DNA of 64,000 nucleotides from an uncultured Verrucomicrobiae bacterium. Its GTDB lineage: Bacteria; Verrucomicrobiota; Verrucomicrobiia; Limisphaerales; JAFGQR01. This document shows positions 1-9,650 of this stretch, in pieces. Below the pieces are notes generated by a model. That model was not told the origin of the DNA and made no database searches. It saw nothing but the letters and a program-made list of their open reading frames with translations. The DNA is taken from positions 8,673 through 72,672 of the forward strand of contig CAWBHS010000002.1 in NCBI GenBank assembly GCA_963788655.1, in the 5' to 3' direction. The first letter of the stretch is position 1. Every line of letters starts with the position of its first letter. A program made the translations under genes and the position numbers.

Positions 1-975
1 GCGCCGGAAGTTGTTCGGTATCTCAAGGTCATGGCGGACAAATCTCAAATTGTGGGCACCCGCGGCGAGTATTCGGCGGAGGTGCTGAATAAATTGGGCA
101 TAACCAATGTTGAACCGGTTGGTTGTCCTTCCCTGTTTATCAATGGCCCGGCGCTGAATGCTTCGCTCCTGGATAAGAAACCGTTCCGGGATCTGAAGAA
201 CATTGCCGTCACCTATTCCAACTATCAAATGGGCGAATGCTCGCTTATCCGGGACATACTATCGCTGGCGGTGGCCCACGATTATTATTACGTGGAGCAA
301 AGTTCGAATCTCGTTCCCAAACTGCTCTATTATCCGCATAAAATCGAAGCCGCCGATTTCCTGAAGGCCCACCAATGGTATGGCGGACTGGATCAATTGC
401 GCGCCTTGTTCAATCAGAACAAGATTCGGTATTTTACGAATTACCAGAATTGGAAGGACTTTCTCAGTCAGATGGATTTTGTGTTTGGCGCGCGCATGCA
501 TGGACACACCCCGGCCCTGCAATCCGGGGTTCCTGCTTATTTCATTTCCCATGACAGTCGCACCCGGGAAATGTTTGAATTGTTTAAATTGCCCTTCGCC
601 TCGGAACATAGTTTTTCCGGCACCGGTTTCAACGCCGAAGATATCTACGAGCGCACGGATTACCACGAAACCGTAAAAGTCTATCCCGAGCGGTATCGAA
701 ACTTCATTCGTTTCCTGTCCCGCAACCGGCTTACCCCGAATTGCAATGAGGATCTGTCGATCAGGGAAACCATCGACGGCAGCCCCTCACCGGGCGTCGA
801 AATGGAAACCAATCCCGCCACCGACAGTGAGATTAATCAGCGGTTCGCGAACGTGATCTTTAATCTCGGGCAATCCATCGCGCAACAAGGTAAGGTGGAT
901 GGATATGAACGTCTCGTCGAAACCTGCGGTCGTCTCTGGCGGGCGAACTCCAGGCGGATGCTTCGGATTAGATGA
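1..975 (+). CDS. Polysaccharide pyruvyl transferase family protein (probably 5'-truncated by window edge)
   Basis: Frame is open from base 1. Motifs GTRGEYSAEVL, VGCPSLF and FVFGARMHG..ALQSGVP are typical of PS_pyruv_trans. Confidence 0.75.
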   Translation, partial: APEVVRYLKVMADKSQIVGTRGEYSAEVLNKLGITNVEPVGCPSLFINGPALNASLLDKKPFRDLKNIAVTYSNYQMGECSLIRDILSLAVAHDYYYVEQSSNLVPKLLYYPHKIEAADFLKAHQWYGGLDQLRALFNQNKIRYFTNYQNWKDFLSQMDFVFGARMHGHTPALQSGVPAYFISHDSRTREMFELFKLPFASEHSFSGTGFNAEDIYERTDYHETVKVYPERYRNFIRFLSRNRLTPNCNEDLSIRETIDGSPSPGVEMETNPATDSEINQRFANVIFNLGQSIAQQGKVDGYERLVETCGRLWRANSRRMLRIR

Positions 976-999
976 ACGAGTTTCTGACAGTGAAGTGAA

Positions 1000-1146
1000 T
1001 GAAGGGGTCGTGAAGGGGTCGTGAAGGGGTCGGTCCTCACTATTGACACCAGTGCGCGGTGGCTGGCACTCTCCTGAAGGGGTCGTAAAGGGAAGGGGTC
1101 GGTTCTTGATATTGACATAAAGGGGTCGGTTCTTGATATTGACATA
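1000..1146 (+). repeat. GGGGTC-type REP-like repeat cluster upstream of RAYT
   Basis: TGAAGGGGTCG x3 (1000-1032). Perfect 27-bp tandem AAGGGGTCGGTTCTTGATATTGACATA at 1093-1119 and 1120-1146. A near-identical inverted copy follows the transposase stop (about 2195-2218). Confidence 0.85.
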
Positions 1147-1173
1147 TAACCGGATGACAGGCACTCTCCCGGC

Positions 1174-2197
1174 ATGGCCCGCAAGCTGAGAGTCGAGTAT
1201 CCCGGCGCGATTTACCCCGTGAGATAACGGACAAGCCTTCTGGTTGGGCCTACCGCGCCATTCGCCATTTTCACCTGAGCGTTCGGGTGTCCACCTATCT
1301 CACCGGGTGAATCGCGGTGACCGGCGCGAGCCGATCTTCCTGGATGACGCGGATCGCCAGCGCTTCGTCGAGACGCTGGGCGAGGTGTGCGCCAAAACGG
1401 GCTGGCAGGTTCACGCCTACGTTCTCATGCCGAATCATTTTCATCTGGTGGTCGAGACGCCGCAGCCGAATCTGGTCGCGGGGATGAAGTGGTTTCTGGG
1501 CACTTACACCAGCCGCTTCAACCGGCGGCACAAGCTGTTCGGGCATCTGTTCTCCGGTCGCTACAAGTCGCTGATCGTGGATGGCTCGGGCAGCGGCTAT
1601 CTCAAGAGCGTGTGCGATTACGTGCATCTGAATCCGGCGCGGGCCAAGCTGATGGCGGTGGACGCGCCCTTGAAGAGTTTTGCCTGGAGCAGTTGGCCGG
1701 CGTATTTGCTGGCACCGTCGAAGCGTCCGGCGTGGTTGCGGGTGGACCGGCTGTTGGGAGAGTGGGGCATCCCCAAGGACAGCCCGGCGGGGCGGCAACG
1801 GCTGGAGCAGGCGCTGGAAGAACGGCGCGGGGCGGAGGAGGGCGAGGAGTTCAAACCGATCCGGCGCGGCTGGTGTCTGGGCGAGGAGACGTTTCGGAAG
1901 GAGTTGCTGGCGCAGATGAGCGAGCGGCTGGGGGCGGAGCATTATGGGGAGGAGCGGGCGGAGTCGGCGGAAATGCTGGCGGAACAAATCATTGCGAGTG
2001 AGCTGAAACGGCGGCGATGGAAAGAAGCGGATCTTAAAACTCGGCCCAAGGGGGATGCGGCGAAGGTGGCGTTGGCGGCGCGTCTGCGGGCGGAGACGAC
2101 GCTGACCGTGGGGTGGATTGCCGAGCGCCTGGGGATGGGCACGCGCGGGCATTTGAATCACCTGCTGTATCGGCGGCGCAAGGCCGATGGGCAGTAG
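1174..2197 (+). mobile_element. REP-associated tyrosine transposase (RAYT, Y1/HUH), interrupted near its 5' end
   Basis: ATG 1174 reads MARKLRVEYPGAIY, then stops at 1225. Homology resumes in another frame at about 1310 (NRGDRREPIF). HUH motif MPNHFHL, LFSGRYKS, catalytic YVHLNP and WSS are present, plus a C-terminal HTH-like tail. Confidence 0.9.
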
Positions 2198-2218
2198 TCA
2201 TTATCAAGAACTGACCCC
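2195..2218 (-). repeat. Inverted copy of the RAYT-associated GGGGTC repeat
   Basis: Reverse complement GGGGTCAGTTCTTGATAATGACTA versus upstream GGGGTCGGTTCTTGATATTGACATA. Confidence 0.8.
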
Positions 2219-2251
2219 AGTCCGGGCTTCGGAGCCTTCTCACGTCGGCTG

Positions 2252-3818
2252 CTACGGGTTGGTTTTGAACAGCGTGTCAATTTTTCGGCGGACGTCTTCG
2301 CTCATTTTGATCAGCGGCGGCCACGGGCTTTTGAATCCTTCGCCGGCGAGCTTGCGCGTGGCGTCAATTCCCAGCTTTGTTCCCATCGCGATTTCGGAGG
2401 TTGCATGGTCCAAAACATCGGCCGGTCCTTTTGTGAAAATGTGATCGCGCTGCGGGTCGGTGTTGGCGCAGAGGCGGAAGAGGACTTCGCTGGTGTTGTG
2501 CACGTCCACGTCGTCGTCCACCACCACGATGTATTTGGTGAACATCATCTGCCCCATGCCCCAGAGGCCGTGCATGATTTTGTAGGCCTGCATCGGGTAG
2601 GTCTTCTTGATGCTCACGAAGACGAGGTTGTGGAACACGCCTTCCGCCGGCAGCGCGATGTCCACGATCTCGGGGAAGTTCATCTTGAAGATGGGCAGGA
2701 ACAATTTCACGGACGCGCCGCCGATGTAGAAGTCTTCCATCGGCGGAATGCCGACGATGGTGGCGGGATAAACGGCGTCCTTGCGATGCGTGATGGCGGT
2801 GACGTGGAAGACGGGATACGGCTCGGGCAACGTGTAATAGCCGGTGTGGTCGCCGAACGGGCCTTCGTCGCGCAGCGGCTCGGTCGGGTCAACGTAGCCT
2901 TCGATGACGAAGTCGGCGTTGGCGGGGACTTCGAGGTCGTTGGTCTCGCACTTGACGAGTTCGACGGATTTTTTGCGCAGATAACCGGCGAGGAGGAATT
3001 CATCCGAGTCCATCGGGCAACGGCGCGGTGGCGGCGAAGGTGAACACGGGATCGCCGCCGAGGAAAATGCTGACGGGCATGCGCGTGCCGGTTTCGTAGT
3101 AGCGGCGGCCGTGGCGCGCGCCGACTTTCTGGAGCTGCCAGTGCATGCCGGTGGTTTTGTCGTCGTAAATCTGGATGCGATACATGCCGACGTTGCGTTC
3201 GCCGGTGTCGGGGTCTTTGGTGACGACGCAGGGCAGCGTGATGAAGCGCCCGCCGTCGAGCGGCCAGCATTTTTGGATGGGAAGATTGAGTAGGGTCGGA
3301 GCACTGCGAATGCCGATAACTGATGACTGATCGACTCTGCGGCTCCTGCCTGACCAGTCATCAGGTGACGGCCTTGGCCACGGTTCGGTGCGGCTGGACG
3401 GGGCATCGAATTTATGGATGACTTCCTTGCACGGGCCGTTCTTCACCGATTTGGGTTTCGCGTGGCGCAGGTCCAGGGCGGTGCCGAGCAGCTTGATCGC
3501 TTCTTGAAACGGGTCGGCGGTTTGGCTTTCATGAGCGCGCCCAGTTCGGCGGCGGCGGCGTCCACGGATTCGGCGCCGAGGCTCAGGGCCATGCGTTTCC
3601 AGGAACCCAGCGTGTTGATGGCGACCGGAAAGGGGCTGATTTCTCCGTTGACGGTGGGCTTCTCGATCAGCAAGTGCCTTGCCGCCGCCGGGCGATTTCA
3701 TTTGGCGGTCCGCCAGTTCGGTGATCTCCAGTTCGGTGGCGACCGGTTGCGCGATGCGCACGAGTTCACCGGCGCGATCCAGCGCATTGATCCAGTCCCG
3801 AAACGATTCGTAAGCCAT
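2252..3818 (-). CDS. ubiD: UbiD family prFMN-dependent decarboxylase (possibly menaquinone/futalosine-pathway type); 3 frameshifts (about 3672, 3510, 3005)
   Basis: Pieces in different frames join into one protein: MAYESFRDWINALDRAGELVRI, WPLDGGRFITLP, RNVGMYR, EGPFGDHTGYY, GIPPMED, KYIVVVDDDVDV, KLGIDAT. Confidence 0.9.
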
Positions 3819-3887
3819 GCGCAAGAAGATTTCGCCAAGCCGACTGGGAAGCAACCGCAATTTAAAACGAATGGTCTGATGAGCAAC

Positions 3888-4641
3888 TTACGGTAACAAA
3901 TACATGTCCCACTTTTCCGTTCCAGACGCGGCTTCGCCTCGCAAAAGAGCCGCCACCGCCAGTAGGGCTTTGCGCGCGTCCCCCAGCGGATAATAGAAGG
4001 CATCCCAATTCTCGCTGTCCTCCCCGTCGTGATTGGGAATCACGTGGTCGAAGTGACGGGCCTCCTGTAATTCCCGGTAGGCGCTACCGGCGCGCCGCTC
4101 GATTTCCTCGAGGTCCTTGAGGGACAATTCAGTTTTCTGCCGGCGGGTTCGGCGCAGCAGTTTGCGGCGCATCACATCGGTAACCAATCCGGGTACAGGC
4201 AGCACTCGTTTCGTCGCGGAGAAAACGGAGTTCCGCCTGTGACAGCGGTGCCATAAACATGCCGAGCCGTGGCACCTCGCCCAGTCGGGAATGAGTTTGC
4301 AGCGTGCGCGCGACAAATGGATTACCCTCAAAGAACGCATCGCCCTGCGCCAGCAACGCCAACAGATCCTCGAGATCCAGCGCCTGCAAATCACCGCGCA
4401 CGTCCATGACTACGTAGCGATCCTGATCCCGCAATTCCTCGATCTGCTGGCGGGTGCGGAAATGGTAGTCCTTGCCGTCACGCTCCCCCGGCCGCGGCGC
4501 CCGGGAATTGTGCAGCACGATCGGTTGCAGACGGTCGCTCAGATCCGGATAGCAACGGCTGAGCGCTTTGGCCAGCGGACTCTTTCCCACACACGATGGC
4601 CCGCTTAAGATTACCAGGCGCCCGGAGGATTTTGATTTCAT
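3888..4641 (-). CDS. Guanylate kinase-like P-loop kinase (frameshift about 4210)
   Basis: RLVILSGPSCVGKS P-loop and SRAPRPGERDGKDYHF nucleotide-binding segment. C-terminal RELQEARHFDHVIPN lies in a second frame. Confidence 0.75.
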
Positions 4642-4749
4642 AACTTGCTTTAGACTTGGGGAACTCTGAAGGTGTTCGGACGGCGCAGGAGCGAGCGATT
4701 TGTTCCCGGACGATTCGCCGCACATCCGCCTCCACTGACTCATTGCTTA

Positions 4750-4828
4750 GAGCCTGTTTTAAAATTCGGCGTGGTCCCCCGTCCAAAATCCCTTGCCGCA
4801 GGATCTCGCCCAATTTTAAAACAGGCTC
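4750..4828. mobile_element. 79-bp MITE with 17-bp perfect terminal inverted repeats and TTA target duplication (IS5-family-like)
   Basis: GAGCCTGTTTTAAAATT at 4750-4766 and its exact reverse complement at 4812-4828. TTA at 4747-4749 and 4829-4831. Confidence 0.75.
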
Positions 4829-5038
4829 TTAATAAACGAAATGGCATACGTCTTCTTTCGTCGTCACTTTAGGGAGGTTTACAACGAATGCAACCCTCGG
4901 AGCGGCGAGGGGTCGGCGGGGTGAGAATACCACCAGGCTGCACGCCGATTTTCATTCTGATGTGTTGCGGACTCGCAGTCCGTTGGACACTGGCCAAATA
5001 CAGAGGCCATCGGGGTTTTGAACGCCTTGCTTCCAACG

Positions 5039-5140
5039 AAAGCGGGAGCAAGCTCCACGCACTCTAAACGCTGGCGCGAGGTTCGAATGATCCTCGGAAA
5101 TCGCGAAACGCTCGGAGTGCGTCCGGCTTGCCGGCGCTTT
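5039..5140. repeat. REP doublet, GGAGTGCG...CGCTTT family
   Basis: AAAGCGG..CGCACTCTAAACGC / GAAACGCTCGGAGTGCG..CGCTTT inverted pair. Relatives at 32281-32380 and 46830-46869. Confidence 0.7.
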
Positions 5141-5377
5141 CGTAGGCCAGGCGGTGGGGCAAGGTTGGCAAGTGTAGTTTTTTGATCTGAGACGAGCGGT
5201 TCGAAAACGATGGACCACCGCCCGCATTTCACCGCCTGGCGGATAACCGGATGAGCCCTTGGTCACTGCGCCGGGGCGGGACACCTGAGGCCTCCGACCA
5301 ACGCATTCGCACACGCAGCTAAAGCGCCGCAAAGTTTCCCTTAAGTTCATTCCGCCCCCGCCGATGAACCAAGCATT

Positions 5378-5783
5378 ATGATGCGCCGCATCTTTATTGG
5401 AATCGGGTTGGTGGCCGGAATCGGCCTCCTCTGGTGGGTGGTTTCAGCGGTCACCGTGAAGGCCCGCACCTCCAAGTACGACACCGACGTGAACTACCTG
5501 TTTGGGGCTTTTCAGGAGGTACAAGGATCACGTGGGCACCTATCCCGTTGGCAGCAACGCGGAGATTGCCCGGGCCCTCAAGGGCAAGAACCCCAAGAAC
5601 GTAATCATTGTGGTGGGACGCCAAATTCCCATGAATGAAAAGGGCGAATTTGTGGACCCTTGGGGCTCGGCCTTTCGGGTGTATTTCTCGGATACCGGTG
5701 TGCTGATCCGGTCAGCCGGTCCCAATAAACGCTTCGACGACAGCAGCGCCAAAGACTGCGATGACTTTTTCCGCTCGAATTGA
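5378..5783 (+). CDS. Type II secretion GspG-like small pilin-domain membrane protein (frameshift about 5518)
   Basis: N-terminal TM helix. Removing one G joins ..QEYKDHVGTYP.. to VDPWGSAF and IRSAGPNKRFDD (T2SS G-domain motifs). Confidence 0.65.
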
Positions 5784-5824
5784 GCGGATACGTGGGGCGG
5801 AGCAATCCGCAAGTGGGAATAAGT

Positions 5825-5920
5825 CCATGGGCTGCCGATCCGCGTGTTGAGGATCGCTCCTTCCAGCCAGGAGCGGTTTATGTCGCCAGACAACACGACA
5901 CGCGGACCGGCGGCCCGTGG
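5825..5920. repeat. Long intergenic inverted repeat/hairpin (REP-like)
   Basis: 23-bp stem 5825-5847 with 5898-5920 (two G-U pairs, one mismatch), plus inner hairpin GATCGCTCCT/AGGAGCGGTT. Confidence 0.6.
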
Positions 5921-6024
5921 CATTTTTGCCATTGGCAAACTGCCGACTTTCCCGTTGCCTGCGTCCGGTTGCCTTGCTACGGTGCCAATCGACGCGACAA
6001 CATACAAACAATCCGCCAGCCACT

Positions 6025-6933
6025 ATGAAACACCCGCAAATTTCCCGCCGCCACTTTATCGAACGCACCGCAGCTTTCACCGGAGCTGCCCTCCTGTCAC
6101 CGTTGGCTTCGACCGCTGCCCCGGCACCAAGCACCAAGCGCACCGCGGTGGACCAGGTCGCGTTGGGCCGGACCGGCCTCACGCTCAGCCGCCTGGGTAT
6201 TGGCACCGGCAGCAACAGTGGCAACGTCCAGTACGCCCTGGGCAAACAGGGCTTCGACCGGTTGATCCGCTATGCCTACGATCAAGGAATTACGTACATC
6301 GATGCGGCCCAAAGCTATCGAACGTTTGATTGGATTGGCGCGGCCATCAAAGGTTTGCCGCGCGAGAAACTCTTCCTGCAATCCAAAGTTCCCGGCCAAC
6401 CGGACAAGATTCTCGAAGTGATTGATCGGCACCGCAAAACGTTCGACACGGACTACATCGACAGCCTGTTGATCCATTGCATGACCCAGGACGGTTGGAC
6501 CGATGACTATAAGCGGATCATGGACGCCTTCAACGAAGCGCAGGACAAGAAAATGATCCGCGCCAAGGGCGTTTCCTGCCACAGCATCCCGGCGTTGCGG
6601 ACGGCCACCGCCTCGGACTGGACCCAAGTCCACCTGGTGCGGGTGAATCCGCAAGCGCATTACATCGATGGCATGGAGCAACATTGGAACAAACCCGGCC
6701 ACAACCTCGATCCGGTCATGAAGGAAATTAAAACCATGCACGCCAAGGGCCGGGGAGTGATCGGGATGAAGATCATTGGCAACGGCGATTTCACCAAAGC
6801 CGAGGACCGCGAAAAATCCATCCGTTTTGCCATGTCGCGCCCAGAGATCAACGCCATCGTCATTGGCATCAAAAGCACCGCAGAAATCGACGAAGCCCTC
6901 GAACGCATGAACCGGGCACTGGCGGTAGGCTGA
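6025..6933 (+). CDS. Tat-exported aldo/keto reductase
   Basis: Twin-arginine SRRHF signal; LGRTGLTLSRLGIGT, GITYIDAAQSY, DYIDSLLIH, GVSCH. Confidence 0.9.
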   Translation: MKHPQISRRHFIERTAAFTGAALLSPLASTAAPAPSTKRTAVDQVALGRTGLTLSRLGIGTGSNSGNVQYALGKQGFDRLIRYAYDQGITYIDAAQSYRTFDWIGAAIKGLPREKLFLQSKVPGQPDKILEVIDRHRKTFDTDYIDSLLIHCMTQDGWTDDYKRIMDAFNEAQDKKMIRAKGVSCHSIPALRTATASDWTQVHLVRVNPQAHYIDGMEQHWNKPGHNLDPVMKEIKTMHAKGRGVIGMKIIGNGDFTKAEDREKSIRFAMSRPEINAIVIGIKSTAEIDEALERMNRALAVG

Positions 6934-6958
6934 AGGGAAGAGGGGCTGGGGGCGGAAG

Positions 6959-7093
6959 GCCGGATGCCGGATGCCGGATGCCGGATGCCCTATGCCCGAT
7001 GCCGGATGTCAGATGTCAGAGGATGGACCGCGATTGACTTCGCGAAACCTGCGTTCTATTTGGCATCGGGCATCGGGTATCCAGCATCCATCC
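6959..7093. repeat. Heptamer tandem repeat (GCCGGAT)n with inverted copies
   Basis: About 9 degenerate GCCGGAT units at 6959-7026; reverse-oriented GGCATCG/GCATCCA units at 7062-7093. Confidence 0.8.
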
Positions 7094-7157
7094 AGTGCTG
7101 GCTGGCTGCCGTAAGCCGCGCATTGCAAAGCCGGAATGTTTCCTCCAAGCTTGTCGG

Positions 7158-7706
7158 GTGAGCAGACAGTTTCAAACGGCACTGATGGCGATGGTTTTCG
7201 CGTTGGGCTTGGTGGGATGCACCAGGTCCAACTCGACGATCGCGTCCACCAATCAAACGGCCGCGCCGGTGCTGGTCACCAATTATTACCATCTCAACCA
7301 TGCCCAAGGCCAATTGCCCACCATCCTGCTGTGGGTGGGCGACCAGGAACTGAAGACGGAGGTGGCGACCTCGCTGACGGAGATTGCCACCGGCATGATG
7401 TTTCGCACCAACATGGCTGAAAACACCGCCATGCTGTTTGTTTTCGCCCAGCCCGATACGCGCAGCTTCTACATGAAAAACTGCGTGGTTCCGTTATCCG
7501 CCGCCTACATTGATTCCCAGGGATTGATTGACGAAATCATCAAGCTCGAACCCGGCGTCGAAAAACCAGTGGAGTCGCGCAGCGACGATATCCAATACGT
7601 GCTCGAAGCGCCTCGGGGCTGGTTCGCCCGTCACGGGATCACCACCGGCATGGCGATCAATACGTCGCAAGGACCGTTGAAGAATTTGCGGGGGCGGATT
7701 CGTTAA
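7158..7706 (+). CDS. DUF192 family lipoprotein
   Basis: Lipobox LVGC; EVA...GMMFR...MLFVF...SFYMKN..VPLS, YVLE...GWF. The GTG start is inferred. Confidence 0.8.
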   Translation: MSRQFQTALMAMVFALGLVGCTRSNSTIASTNQTAAPVLVTNYYHLNHAQGQLPTILLWVGDQELKTEVATSLTEIATGMMFRTNMAENTAMLFVFAQPDTRSFYMKNCVVPLSAAYIDSQGLIDEIIKLEPGVEKPVESRSDDIQYVLEAPRGWFARHGITTGMAINTSQGPLKNLRGRIR

Positions 7707-7715
7707 TTCGATTTT

Positions 7716-9003
7716 ATGAAGAAACATGTTCAGTCAGAAGCGTTGTTTGCGGAGGCGTTGCGCTACATCCCGGGCGGGGTGAACTCGCCGGTGCGCGCGT
7801 TTCGCGCCGTGGGCGGACAGCCTTTTTTTGTCCATCGCGCCCAAGGCGCCCATGTGTGGGACGTGGACGACAACCGTTACGTGGACTATGTGGGCACGTG
7901 GGGGCCGGCCATTCTTGGGCATGCGCACCCCCGCATCATCAACAGAGTAAAACAGGCAGCAGAGCACGGTAACCAGCTTCGGCATTCCCAATCCGTTTGA
8001 AGTGGCGATGGCCAAAGCCGTCTGCGCGGCGGTTCCCAGTGTCCAAAAAGTGCGGATGTGCAATTCCGGCACTGAAGCCTGTATGTCGGCCATCCGACTG
8101 GCCCGGGGCTTCACCAAGCGCGATTTGATCGTGAAGTTTGCCGGTTGTTATCATGGCCACGGCGATTCGCTGCTGGTCAAGGCGGGCTCCGGCGCGTTGA
8201 CGCTCGGCCATCCGGACAGCGCGGGGGTTCCGGCTGATTTCGCGAAGCACACTCTGGTGCTGCCGTTCAACGACGCCGAAGCGGTCAAAGCCGCCTTTGT
8301 GGCGCACGGTAAAGAAATCGCCTGTGTCATTCTGGAACTGGTCCCGGCCAACGCCGGTTTGTATTTGCCGCGGCCGGGTTATTTGGAATTGCTGCGGCAA
8401 CTGACCCAGGATCACGGAGCCGTGTTGATTGCCGACGAAGTCATGACTGGTTTTCGCGTGAGTTTCGGCGGAGCCCAGGCGGTCTATGGCTTGACGCCCG
8501 ACCTGACGTGCTTTGGCAAAATCATCGGCGGCGGACTGCCGGTGGGCGCTTTCGGCGGCCGGAGTGACATCATGGATTGCCTGGCGCCACTGGGACCCGT
8601 CTATCAGGCGGGCACGTTGAGTGGTAATCCGCTGGCGATGGCCGCAGGCCTGACTGCCCTCGAGGAACTACAGAATGGCCAGGCCTATCAACAACTCGAA
8701 AGCTTGGGCGCGCAACTCGAAGCCGGGATGCGGGCGGCCGCAGCCGCGGCCAACGTGCCGGTGCAATTCCAACGGATCGGCTCAATGTTCTGCGGCTATT
8801 TCACCGACCAGCCGGTCCACAATCTTGACGAGGCGATGAAGAGTGACCGCGAACGGTTCGCCCGGTTTTTCCATGGCCTGCTGGAGGAAGGAATTTACCT
8901 GGCGCCATCGCAATTCGAAGCGGGGTTCATTTCGACGGCGCACACCGCGGCGGACATTGAAACGACCGTTGCAGCCGCGGCGAAGATCCTGAAGTCGCTG
9001 TAA
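7716..9003 (+). CDS. hemL: Glutamate-1-semialdehyde 2,1-aminomutase (frameshift about 7971)
   Basis: [53 protein letters not shown]. Removing one A restores GTSFGIP. Confidence 0.95.
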
Positions 9004-9020
9004 TCTAGCCCCCTATTCCC

Positions 9021-9431
9021 ATGCGCATCCTGGCTTTGGATCACGGAACGGTTCGCATCGGCGTGGCGCTGAGCGACGAGTTGCAGATAATTGCCCAACC
9101 GTTGGAGTTCATTCCGGCGGAACCTTTTGATGGATTTCTCACCCGGCTCCAGCAGCTCCTGCGGGAAAAAGAGGTCGAGCTGATTCTGATCGGCATGCCC
9201 CGCAATATGGACGGCAGCTACGGACCGGCAGCGCAAAAGGTGCAGGCGTTTGTCTCCCAGCTCAAGGACTGCATCAACGTGCCCCTCAAATTGTGGGACG
9301 AACGATTGACCTCCGCCCAAGCCAATCGCTTGCTGATTCAAGGCAAAGTGCGGCGCGACAAACGCAAACAGAAAGTGGACCAGATGGCGGCAGCGATTCT
9401 TTTGCAGAGCTATTTGGATGCGAAAGGATGA
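9021..9431 (+). CDS. ruvX: Holliday junction resolvase-like / pre-16S rRNA nuclease YqgF
   Basis: ILALDHGTVRIGVALSD, GMPRNMDG, WDERLTS, VDQMAAAILLQSYLD. Confidence 0.95.
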   Translation: MRILALDHGTVRIGVALSDELQIIAQPLEFIPAEPFDGFLTRLQQLLREKEVELILIGMPRNMDGSYGPAAQKVQAFVSQLKDCINVPLKLWDERLTSAQANRLLIQGKVRRDKRKQKVDQMAAAILLQSYLDAKG

Positions 9432-9650
9432 AAAGAACGGTGCGGGGATGAAGAGTTGAAACGTGAAGCGCGAAGCGTGAATGGTGGGTAATGAGAGCAC
9501 ATGATTGCACTTCGTGAGAAGAACGTGAACGACTCGAATATTCACCGGGAGAAGAAAACGAGAAGCTCCCGTGAATACCTTTCTTATGTCTTCTTTTCTT
9601 TCTTTCGGCAAATTGGCGGCAAACGAATGCGGCAAAGTTCTTAGGCGAAG

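Noticed and set aside
1000..1146. Possible CRISPR array
   Set aside because: The repeats are directly tandem with no regular unique spacers, there are no cas genes, and they are explained by the adjacent RAYT.
4879..5350. ORFs between the kinase and the gspG-like gene
   Set aside because: They are made largely of REP-derived sequence (RQAGRTP, LECVELAPAF); no coding signal.
7716..9003. hemL (and moxR, mtnP, ubiD, fumarase) as pseudogenes or programmed frameshifts
   Set aside because: Single-base indels without slippery heptamers or motif decay, scattered across unrelated genes, fit sequencing error.
9021..9431. YqgF as part of a defence or mobile nuclease system
   Set aside because: Standard housekeeping length and context (hemL-ruvX-truA).
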